The position numbers and the translations under genes were made by a program. A DNA stretch of 32,000 nucleotides from Nitrosococcus oceani ATCC 19707 (lineage in GTDB: Bacteria > Pseudomonadota > Gammaproteobacteria > Nitrosococcales > Nitrosococcaceae), in contig NC_007484.1 of assembly GCF_000012805.1 (NCBI RefSeq), positions 2,940,001-2,972,000 of the forward strand, given 5' to 3'. Numbering within the stretch: the first letter of the stretch is position 1; the number at the start of each line of letters is the position of its first letter. The notes under the pieces are model-generated. The model was not told the DNA's origin, made no database searches, and saw only the letters and a program-made list of their open reading frames with translations. This document shows positions 18,648 through 26,849 of this stretch, piece by piece.

Positions 18648-20132
18648 ATGAGCCAGTCATCCCCATTGCCCCTCACCCACAAAGCGCAGGTAGAGGTACG
18701 CCAAACGCGCTTGCTGATTGATGGCAAATTTTGCGACAGCCTCAGCGGTAAGACCTTTGCCACCATCGATCCCGCTACTGAAGAAGTCATTGCCCAGGTG
18801 GCGGAGGGCGATGCGGAAGATATTGACCTGGCGGTTCAAGCAGCCCGCAAAGCTTTCGATAGCGGCCCCTGGCATCGGATGGACGCACGGGAACGGGGCC
18901 GCCGAATGTTGAAGTGGGCCGATTTGATTGAAGCTCATATGGAAGAGCTAGCTAAACTTGAAGTCTTGGACAATGGGAAACCCATCAACGAGGCCCTAGG
19001 CTACGATATTCCCAGCGCCGCGGCTACGCTTCGTTATTTTGCCGGCTGGGCGGATAAAATCCATGGTAAAACCATTCCTATTTCCGGGCCTTTCTTCACT
19101 TATACGCGCCGGGAGCCGGTGGGGGTTTGCGGGCTCATCATTCCCTGGAATTTTCCTCTGGCAATGGCGGCTTGGAAGTTAGGCCCTGCCCTAGCCACCG
19201 GCTGCACCGCTATTCTAAAGCCGGCGGAACAAACTCCCCTGACGGCCCTTCGTGCCGGTGAGTTGGCCCTGGAGGCAGGTATTCCCCCGGGAGTCCTCAA
19301 TATCGTGCCCGGTTTTGGCCCTACGGCGGGCGCAGCCCTGGTACAGCACCCTCTGGTTGAGAAAATCGCCTTCACGGGAGAATATAAAACCGCCCAAACG
19401 ATTAAGCAGGCCACAGTCAACAGCATGAAACGCCTGTCCTTTGAGCTGGGAGGTAAAAGCCCTAACATCATCTTTAATGATGCTAATCTCGAAGAAGCTA
19501 TTACGGGTTCCTTTGGGGCTATTTTTCTAAATCAAGGACAAAATTGTTGTGCGGGTAGCCGCGCCTTTGTACAAAACAATATTTATGATGAATTCGTGGA
19601 GCAATTTGCCGAGAAGGCAGCCAAGCGTAAACTGGGCGATCCCTTCGATCCCGCTACCGAGCATGGAGCCCAGATCGACAAGGCCCAGTTCGATAAAATC
19701 ATGCACTATATCGCCCTTGGCAAGGAGCAAGGCGCGGAATGTGTCACCGGCGGCGAGCGGGCCTTTGAGCGAGGTTATTTTATCCAACCCACCATCTTCA
19801 AGGAAGTCAATGAAAATATGGCCATCGCAACGGACGAGATTTTTGGGCCAGTGGCTAGTGTGCTACGCTTCAAGAACATTAATGAGGTCATTGAAAAAGC
19901 CAATAACACCCCGTTTGGCCTCGCGGCGGCCGTATGGACCCAAGATATCGACAAAGCCAACGCGGTAGCCGCAGGGGTAAAAGCGGGAACCGTCTGGGTC
20001 AACTGCTACAATATTGTCGATCCAGCGGCGCCTTTTGGCGGCTTTAAACTATCCGGGCTCGGCCGGGAACTAGGCGAACAAGCCCTGGATGCCTACACGG
20101 AAACCAAAACGGTCACTGTATTGCGGAGGTAA
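18648..20132 (+). CDS. NAD(P)-dependent aldehyde dehydrogenase
   Basis: 494 aa of the ALDH1/2-like class. IIPWNFPL is present, ELGGKSP carries the catalytic Glu, and QGQNCCAGSR carries the catalytic Cys. EIFGPV and PFGGFKLSGLGRE are also present. Confidence 0.92.
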   Translation: MSQSSPLPLTHKAQVEVRQTRLLIDGKFCDSLSGKTFATIDPATEEVIAQVAEGDAEDIDLAVQAARKAFDSGPWHRMDARERGRRMLKWADLIEAHMEELAKLEVLDNGKPINEALGYDIPSAAATLRYFAGWADKIHGKTIPISGPFFTYTRREPVGVCGLIIPWNFPLAMAAWKLGPALATGCTAILKPAEQTPLTALRAGELALEAGIPPGVLNIVPGFGPTAGAALVQHPLVEKIAFTGEYKTAQTIKQATVNSMKRLSFELGGKSPNIIFNDANLEEAITGSFGAIFLNQGQNCCAGSRAFVQNNIYDEFVEQFAEKAAKRKLGDPFDPATEHGAQIDKAQFDKIMHYIALGKEQGAECVTGGERAFERGYFIQPTIFKEVNENMAIATDEIFGPVASVLRFKNINEVIEKANNTPFGLAAAVWTQDIDKANAVAAGVKAGTVWVNCYNIVDPAAPFGGFKLSGLGRELGEQALDAYTETKTVTVLRR

Positions 20133-20140
20133 GTCTGGGG

Positions 20141-21181
20141 ATGGGAGAACGGCATTTTATCAGCGACAACGCAGCCGGTATACACCCAGAAGTCATCGCC
20201 ATGCTGGAAAGGGCTAGCCGCGGCCACGCCATTGCTTATGGCAACGATTCCTTAACGCAGCAGGCTCTCCAGCTATTCAAACAGCACTTCGGGGCACAGA
20301 CTGAGACATTTTTTGTACTGACTGGCACCGCCGCCAACGTCATTGCCCTGCAAAGCGTCCTATCTTCCTTCGAGGCTGTTATTTGTGCCGACTGTGCCCA
20401 CCTCCACCGGGACGAATGCGGAGCGCCGGAAAAATTCCTGGGATCAAAGCTGCTAATCGCCCAAACTCAGCAAGGCAAGCTAAGCGTAGCAACTGTAGCG
20501 CCACTATTGCGCGACACGGCTATGGTCCATCGCGTCCAGCCGAAAGTCCTTTCCATTACCCAATGCACGGAATGGGGGACTATCTATACTCCTGCAGAGA
20601 TCAAAACCCTGGCGGATTTCTGCCATGAGCAAGGGTTGCTGCTACACATGGATGGGGCTCGGTTAAGTAACGCCGCTGCCCGACTCAATTTAAGCCTAAA
20701 AGAGATGACCGCAGATGTGGGCGTGGATGTACTTTCCTTTGGTGGCACCAAAAATGGGCTGCTAGCAGCTGAAGCGATTGTTTTCTTCGATCCCCAGTTG
20801 GCGAAAAAAACCGGCTTCTACCGTAAACAAAGCATGCAACTAGCCTCCAAAATGCGTTTTATCTCAGCTCAATTTTTAGCTCTATTAATCAACGATCTCT
20901 GGTGGAAAAATGCGCAGCACGCCAATGAAATGGCGGCTTTACTGGAACGAGAACTCAAGAATATCCCGCAGGTGGAACTTGTCGTCCCCGTAGAAACCAA
21001 CGGGATATTTGCCCGAATACCTCCCTCTTGGGTACCCTGTTTACAACAACATTATGCCTTTGCGGTCTGGGACTCGGCTAGCACGGTAGTGCGCTGGATG
21101 ACCTCATTTGATACCACGGCGGAGGAAGTGCAAGATTTTGCGCAAAAGATCCGAAACATGAACGAGGATAACGCCCCCTAA
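20141..21181 (+). CDS. Low-specificity threonine aldolase family PLP enzyme (fold type I)
   Basis: FISDN, TGTAANVIAL, ECGAPE, HMDGARLSNA and SFGGTKNG (PLP lysine) resemble the approximately 346-aa Pseudomonas-type threonine aldolases. The start lies 8 nt after the ALDH stop. Confidence 0.8.
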   Translation: MGERHFISDNAAGIHPEVIAMLERASRGHAIAYGNDSLTQQALQLFKQHFGAQTETFFVLTGTAANVIALQSVLSSFEAVICADCAHLHRDECGAPEKFLGSKLLIAQTQQGKLSVATVAPLLRDTAMVHRVQPKVLSITQCTEWGTIYTPAEIKTLADFCHEQGLLLHMDGARLSNAAARLNLSLKEMTADVGVDVLSFGGTKNGLLAAEAIVFFDPQLAKKTGFYRKQSMQLASKMRFISAQFLALLINDLWWKNAQHANEMAALLERELKNIPQVELVVPVETNGIFARIPPSWVPCLQQHYAFAVWDSASTVVRWMTSFDTTAEEVQDFAQKIRNMNEDNAP

Positions 21182-22320
21182 TGGAAAATGACGAGGCTCC
21201 TTATCTCCATATCTTGGAAAAACTGATTAGATTTCCTACCATTTCAAGGGAAACTAATCTGCCCCTCATCGACTATAGCGAAGATTTTCTCAACAGCCGG
21301 GGTTTTCAAACCCAGCGTTTTTATAATAAGCAAAGAAATAAGGCAAACCTCATGGCCAGGATTGGACCCGACAAGAAGGGCGGCCTGATGCTAGCCGGCC
21401 ATACCGATGTGGTCCCGGTAGACCAGCAAGCCTGGACCAACGATCCATTCCGGCTAATTAAAAAGAATGGTTGTCTGTATGGCAGGGGAACCTCCGATAT
21501 GAAAGGGTTTCTGGCTTTGGCGCTGGAGGTGGCGGCCTCTATCGAGAGCCATCGTCTGCGATACCCCCTCTATCTCTGTTTTACTTACGATGAGGAAATC
21601 GGTTGCGGGGGTGCTAAAGCGCTTATCGGGTATTTAAAAACCCTGTCTCCCCCGCCCCGCTTTGTTTTAATCGGTGAACCCACCGATATGGAACTGGTCA
21701 CAGCACACAAAAGCATTCAAATCACCACCACCCATATCAGAGGAAAACCGGCCCATTCAAGCTGCCCTCAGTTAGGCGCCAGCGCCATTGTGTTTGCCTC
21801 TAAACTAATTGCCGCCCTAGAGGAAATTCTGCCCCCAGAAGAGAACAGAGACTTCAATCCCCCAGCAGCCACCTTCAATGTGGGCACCATCCAGGGCGGA
21901 ACTGCTATCAATATCATTCCGGAGCATTGTCAATTCGATTGGGAATGCCGTACCCTGCCTTCCCAAAATCCAGCTCAACTCAACGAGGCATGGGAACATC
22001 TGATCTGCTCCCTAAGAAAACAAATACCTGGAATTGAGGTAGAAAACCATATTAAAACTGCTGTTCCTGGGCTTAAATCCGAATCCAATCGGGAAATCGC
22101 CACTTGGCTGAAGGGATTTCTGGAAGAGGGGAAAATTGGCACCGCCCCTTTCATGACAGAAGCGGGGCTATATCAGCAAGCTGGGCTTCCCACCGTGGTT
22201 TGCGGCCCGGGCAGTATTCAGGAAGCCCACCAACCTGACGAAAACATTAGCATTCATAGCATGGAAAATTACCGTATTTTTCTTTATAAAATAGTTGGAA
22301 GCCTGATGGAACAAGAGTAA
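21181..22320 (+). CDS. M20 family deacylase (ArgE / acetylornithine deacetylase-like)
   Basis: GHTDVVP, GRGTSDMKG, YDEEIGCGG and GEPT are M20 metal and catalytic motifs. The start overlaps the upstream stop (TAATG at 21179-21183). Confidence 0.78.
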   Translation: MENDEAPYLHILEKLIRFPTISRETNLPLIDYSEDFLNSRGFQTQRFYNKQRNKANLMARIGPDKKGGLMLAGHTDVVPVDQQAWTNDPFRLIKKNGCLYGRGTSDMKGFLALALEVAASIESHRLRYPLYLCFTYDEEIGCGGAKALIGYLKTLSPPPRFVLIGEPTDMELVTAHKSIQITTTHIRGKPAHSSCPQLGASAIVFASKLIAALEEILPPEENRDFNPPAATFNVGTIQGGTAINIIPEHCQFDWECRTLPSQNPAQLNEAWEHLICSLRKQIPGIEVENHIKTAVPGLKSESNREIATWLKGFLEEGKIGTAPFMTEAGLYQQAGLPTVVCGPGSIQEAHQPDENISIHSMENYRIFLYKIVGSLMEQE

Positions 22321-22410
22321 AGGGCCAAAGAACCCGCCCCATTTGGAGGGAAAAAGAAACTAACTAAATCGTTTTCAAACCAGGAATCAAAAGGGAGGGT
22401 GAAACAAGAA

Positions 22411-23724
22411 ATGAGATTTTTCACAGACGAAGAGTTCGAAGAAAGGGTCCATCAGGTTCGAGAAAAAATGGCGGAGCAAAAGCTCGATGCCATCATCATT
22501 ACTAACCCGGAAAATATTTATTATCTCACCGGCCTGAGTCATCAAGGCTATTTCGCCTATACTTCTTTAGTATTGTCCCTCGATAAGGAACCCGCCCTCA
22601 TCATCCGAGCGATGGAGAAAGCCATCGTCGAGGATATGGTGGTACCTACCGTAAAATGCTACCTCTACTCAGACGGTGTCCCCCCGCTGCCCAAACCCAA
22701 ACATCGGGACAAAGACCTCACTTTAAGTACCCCCATGGAAGGTCCGGAAACTGGCGGATTACACCCTTGGTCCATGAGCTTGGGAATCTCCATCCAAAGC
22801 GATCATAACGATGAAGTGGAACTCAAGGACTATTCGGCACCCGTAAAAACCACCTGCCAAGCTCTCCAGGAGCTAGGACTCGCCTCCGCTCACATAGCCT
22901 TCGAAAAAAGCAGCGCTTTTTTGCCTTACAAAATCGCGGAAGCCTTTGTGAATAAAATGTCTGACGTGAAATGGTCCGACGCGGAGGATCTGGTTACCGA
23001 GTGCCGAATTGTTCAATCGTCAACCGAGCTAGAATGCACCCGGAAGGCGGCAGAAATTTCCGATGCCATGATGATGTCAGGGATTGCCATGGCCGGTCCT
23101 GGCGTTTCTAGCCGTAATGTGATGGGGGCTATCTATCAAACCATGATTCTGCGTGGTGGCGCCTACCCCGCTTTCGTACCCCTGGTACGGTCCACGCGCA
23201 CACTAGCCCATGAACATGGAACCTGGGACGAATGGGACGCTGATATACTCCAGAAGGAGGATCTTTTATTTTTGGAAATGGCCGGCTGTTATTGGCGTTA
23301 TCATGCACCGATTGGACGTTTGGCGCATATTGGGCAGATCTCACCAAAAACGGAAAAAGCCTATGAGACATGTTTAGCCGCGTTATATAGCGCGGCGGAC
23401 GCTCTAAAACCCGGCGTTACCGCTGATTCCGTCTATAAAGCCTGGCAGCGGTGCGTAGATAAAGCGGGGTTGTCCCATTACCGCCGCCATCACTGCGGCT
23501 ATATCGTCGGTATTGGGTTTCCCCCGAGTTGGTCAGGTTCCGGCGTTCCCAAGGGACTGCGCGAAGGCTCCACCATGGTTATTCAAAAAGGGATGGTCTT
23601 CCATCTGATGTCCTGGCTTTTGCGGACGGGAGAAGGAGACGCCTTCTTCTCTGATACGGTAGTCGTCACGGATAAGGGGGGCGAGTTTTTAACCAAGGCC
23701 CCACGGGAGCTAAATGCGCGTTAG
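22411..23724 (+). CDS. Creatinase/prolidase-fold (M24) hydrolase with an N-terminal creatinase_N-type domain
   Basis: The track ORF begins at the GTG at 22399. I prefer the ATG at 22411, downstream of AAGGGAGGG. N-terminal FTDEEFEERVHQVREKMAEQKLDAIIITNPENIYYLTGL is the creatinase/prolidase N-domain signature. The C-terminal part looks like a pita-bread fold with non-canonical metal-ligand positions (see findings). Confidence 0.75.
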   Translation: MRFFTDEEFEERVHQVREKMAEQKLDAIIITNPENIYYLTGLSHQGYFAYTSLVLSLDKEPALIIRAMEKAIVEDMVVPTVKCYLYSDGVPPLPKPKHRDKDLTLSTPMEGPETGGLHPWSMSLGISIQSDHNDEVELKDYSAPVKTTCQALQELGLASAHIAFEKSSAFLPYKIAEAFVNKMSDVKWSDAEDLVTECRIVQSSTELECTRKAAEISDAMMMSGIAMAGPGVSSRNVMGAIYQTMILRGGAYPAFVPLVRSTRTLAHEHGTWDEWDADILQKEDLLFLEMAGCYWRYHAPIGRLAHIGQISPKTEKAYETCLAALYSAADALKPGVTADSVYKAWQRCVDKAGLSHYRRHHCGYIVGIGFPPSWSGSGVPKGLREGSTMVIQKGMVFHLMSWLLRTGEGDAFFSDTVVVTDKGGEFLTKAPRELNAR

Positions 23725-24159
23725 ATTATCATACTTTTAAGCGGATAAATTATTGATTTTCTTTTCTTTGCTAAGTCAAGAATTACCAGTAAACCAAGCA
23801 AAAATTTTCCAAACGATCCATCACTATTGTTAGATGAAACGGATATTTGACCCCTTGACCTTCAAGCCCATGAAGAAAAACTCCCTCCTAAGCAGCTTAT
23901 CACCCACCACTTCTACCGCCAGCAATGCAATGAATATATTGATCTGCTTCTATTTAAGCTTGTAATTCTCCTTCCAGTCTCCTATGATACGAAATGCTAG
24001 AGTATTAAGGATCGCGTCTTCGGTTAGTGTAGAATTTTTTGTTCTTCCTTCCAAATGCATTTCTGCTCCAACTCGTTCGCTCCCCGATACTCAAGTTCCA
24101 TCCGCTGACGTTTTTATTTAAGATGTCAGAGAGTTATATTATTTTTTTGAGAGCTTTCT

Positions 24160-24369
24160 ATGTCAGAACAACAGACAGGAACCGTGAAGTGGTTCAATGA
24201 TTCAAAGGGTTATGGGTTTATACAACGGGAGGGGGGCAGCGATCTGTTTGTGCACTACCGTTCTATCACTGGCAGCGGCCACAGAACCCTCAAGGAAGGT
24301 CAACAGGTCAGTTTTATTGAAGTACAGGGCCAGAAAGGCCCTCAAGCTGATGATGTTACTATTTTATAA
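24160..24369 (+). CDS. cspA: Cold-shock protein, CspA family
   Basis: [16 protein letters not shown] contains RNP1 and LFVHY contains RNP2. 69 aa. The upstream untranslated region of more than 400 nt is typical of csp genes. Confidence 0.96.
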   Translation: MSEQQTGTVKWFNDSKGYGFIQREGGSDLFVHYRSITGSGHRTLKEGQQVSFIEVQGQKGPQADDVTIL

Positions 24370-24387
24370 CGGATAATATTCCTTTGA

Positions 24388-24430
24388 GAAGAGGCCGACT
24401 CTAGATAGGAGTCGGCCTCTTCGTTCTTTC
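24388..24430 (+). terminator. Intrinsic terminator downstream of cspA
   Basis: A perfect 14-bp stem GAAGAGGCCGACTC (24388-24401) pairs with GAGTCGGCCTCTTC (24409-24422). The loop is 7 nt and the T-rich tail is gttctttc. Confidence 0.85.
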
Positions 24431-24451
24431 TACTTTTCCTAGAGAGGCTCA

Positions 24452-24727
24452 ATGATCACACTTTTTATACGTGGTTTGCCAACAAGTACAACCGAGGAGA
24501 GTCTTACCGCTTTATTCGCTGACTACGGTACCGTGCGCTCTTTGACCTTACATAAAGATTTATTTACCGGTCAGGCGCGTGGCACCGCTCTAATCAACAT
24601 GGAAGGCCATGAAGGTCGTGCTGCTATCGCCGCATTGGACGGTTCGCAGCTCCAAGGCCGAACCATCTATGTGAATCAGACCAAAGAGGAAAAACGCCGC
24701 GGCCGCGGCGGCAGACGCCGCCGCTAA
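24452..24727 (+). CDS. RRM-type (RNP-1 family) RNA-binding protein with an Arg-rich C-terminal tail
   Basis: 91 aa. The RNP2-like motif is LFIRGLP and the RNP1 position reads RGTALINM. There is an LDGSQLQGRTIYV beta4 region and a C-terminal KRRGRGGRRRR tail. Confidence 0.75.
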   Translation: MITLFIRGLPTSTTEESLTALFADYGTVRSLTLHKDLFTGQARGTALINMEGHEGRAAIAALDGSQLQGRTIYVNQTKEEKRRGRGGRRRR

Positions 24728-25263
24728 TTGGCTATTTAGTTTCTGAACACCCTAAACGACGCTCTCCAGTAACATCAAGTGCGAGGGCGCAATCATTCAT
24801 AGTTTCATCGGTAAAGACTTGATATTACTATCTTATTGCTAGCAGGACGGTCTTTCTGCAGTAGGCGGAAAAACAATGCGCGTGGCAAGGGTCTTGTACG
24901 TTACAGCCCCAAAGCCCGAATCACCTTAGTGACGCGTGAATTTGTCGGACGGATGAGGTTTTGTAGACGCAAAATTGAAACCGGTCACAGTAACGAGAAA
25001 CGCTAGAAAGCATACCGCCCCCATCCATGAAGCCTAGTATCAGAAATAAAAACACGCCTCTTGTGCGTGCTTTTACTTGATCGTATTCCCGAACGTAGAC
25101 AGATGGAGCGAGAAAATCCAAGACTATGGAGGCACAAGCCACCACCTTGGATAGCATCAAGGCGTGAATTACTGGGCTGGAAAAATTTTGAATGGAAAAG
25201 TCATAATTAGCCGCAATGAAACTTCAATTATCGATTATTTAAATTAGCAGGATTTTTAATTGC

Positions 25264-26766
25264 ATGACATCTTCTACAGAACTCCTATCTTTTGACAGTT
25301 TTGCCATCAGCGCCCCTGTTCTGCAAGCCATCAAACAGGTAGGATACGAAACGCCTACCCTCATTCAGGCAAGAGCTATTCCTCATCTTTTAGCAGGGCA
25401 TGACCTGGTGGGGCAGGCCCAAACAGGCACTGGCAAAACAGCAGCTTTTGCCATTCCCACCTTAGAACGGTTGGAATTATCACAGAAAGAGCCGCAAGTG
25501 CTGGTACTCGTCCCAACACGGGAACTCGCTATTCAGGTAGCGGAAGCCTTTCAAAGTTACGCCCGCTATCTGGAGGATTTTCATGTCCTTCCTATCTACG
25601 GCGGCCAATCCATGGGCAACCAGTTACGCCAACTTAAACGAGGCGCCCACGTCATCGTGGGCACCCCAGGCAGGATCATGGATCATCTGCGGCGCAAAAG
25701 TCTGATCCTAACTAAATTAACAACGGTGATCCTAGACGAAGCCGACGAGATGCTAAAAATGGGGTTTATCGAGGACGTAGAGTGGATTTTAAAGCAAGTG
25801 CCCACAAAACGGCAGGTTGCCCTCTTTTCCGCTACCATGCCCACTTCCGTGCGTAATATCGCAAGCCGTCATCTACAAGCGCCCCAGGATATTAAAATCA
25901 AGGGAGAAACTGCTTCTCTTCCGGCCATCAATCAACGCTATTGGCTAGTCTCTGGTTTGCATAAACTAGATGCACTCACCCGCATGCTGGAGGCTGAGGA
26001 ATATGATGCCACGATTATTTTTGTCCGGACTAAAATAGCAACGGAAGAGCTGGCGAAAAAACTAATGGCGCGGGGCTATGCGGCAGCGGCGCTAAATGGA
26101 GATATCCCCCAGTCCTCACGGGAAAAAGTTGTCGATCAGCTCAAAAAAAATACCATTGACATCATTGTCGCCACCGATGTGGCTGCCCGTGGACTGGATG
26201 TCAAGCGCATCGGCCATGTGGTCAATTACGATATTCCCTACGATACGGGAACCTACATCCACCGTATTGGCCGCACTGGCCGCGCGGGCCGCACGGGTAC
26301 CGCCACTTTGTTTGTTGCGCCCCGCGAGCGGCGGATGTTGAGTGCTATCAAAAGGGCGACGGGGCAACCTCTCTATGAAATGCAGCTACCTAGCCACCAA
26401 CAGGTCATAGACCGGCGTATCGAACGATTTAAGCAGCAGGTTATGAACACCTTAGAAAAGGAGAATCTCGTTGCTTTCCGCCATTTAATCCAGCAATGGG
26501 CTCAACAAGAAGATCTCTCCCCGTTAGATATCGCCGCCGCATTGACTTATTCCATGCAGCGGGAACGCCCTCTGGTGGGCCCTCCACGCTCTGAGCCGGT
26601 AACTCATGGCGCTCCCCCCCCCCGCAAGGTGGCTAAGCATAAATCCAGGAAAGTGGCGCCTGCGGAGACAACGAAAAGAAAAAAACCCTATAAAAAGGCA
26701 ATAAAAAAGCAAAAAGATTTTCGTAGTCTTTATCTTAATAATAGCCATCCTCCTTCCACACCGTAG
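25264..26766 (+). CDS. deaD: DEAD-box ATP-dependent RNA helicase, DeaD/CsdA-like
   Basis: Q motif GYETPTLIQ, then AQTGTGKT, PTRELA, DEAD, SAT and HRIGRTGRAG. IPHLLAGHDLVGQAQTGTGKTAAF resembles the E. coli DeaD N-terminus. A DeaD-dimerisation-like segment is followed by a Lys-rich basic tail. No DbpA-type C-terminal domain is evident. Confidence 0.88.
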   Translation: MTSSTELLSFDSFAISAPVLQAIKQVGYETPTLIQARAIPHLLAGHDLVGQAQTGTGKTAAFAIPTLERLELSQKEPQVLVLVPTRELAIQVAEAFQSYARYLEDFHVLPIYGGQSMGNQLRQLKRGAHVIVGTPGRIMDHLRRKSLILTKLTTVILDEADEMLKMGFIEDVEWILKQVPTKRQVALFSATMPTSVRNIASRHLQAPQDIKIKGETASLPAINQRYWLVSGLHKLDALTRMLEAEEYDATIIFVRTKIATEELAKKLMARGYAAAALNGDIPQSSREKVVDQLKKNTIDIIVATDVAARGLDVKRIGHVVNYDIPYDTGTYIHRIGRTGRAGRTGTATLFVAPRERRMLSAIKRATGQPLYEMQLPSHQQVIDRRIERFKQQVMNTLEKENLVAFRHLIQQWAQQEDLSPLDIAAALTYSMQRERPLVGPPRSEPVTHGAPPPRKVAKHKSRKVAPAETTKRKKPYKKAIKKQKDFRSLYLNNSHPPSTP

Positions 26767-26849
26767 CGCCAAAAGAGAGCGACGCCATGGATCTGTTTTG
26801 CTCAGGTCCATGGCAAAAGAAAACCTAGGCGCTAATCAGGGGTTACTCT

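Noticed and set aside
24921-25160. 79-aa minus-strand ORF in the deaD upstream region.
   Set aside because: It has a non-canonical start, no RBS and no recognisable family. It lies within what is more plausibly the long deaD 5' UTR and promoter.
26784-26814. Hairpin GCCATGGA-(15 nt)-TCCATGGC between the convergent deaD and multicopper oxidase genes.
   Set aside because: The loop is large and no adjacent T-run follows on either strand; the nearest, on the minus strand, is a weak TCTTTT about 8 nt beyond the stem. This is not convincing as an intrinsic terminator.
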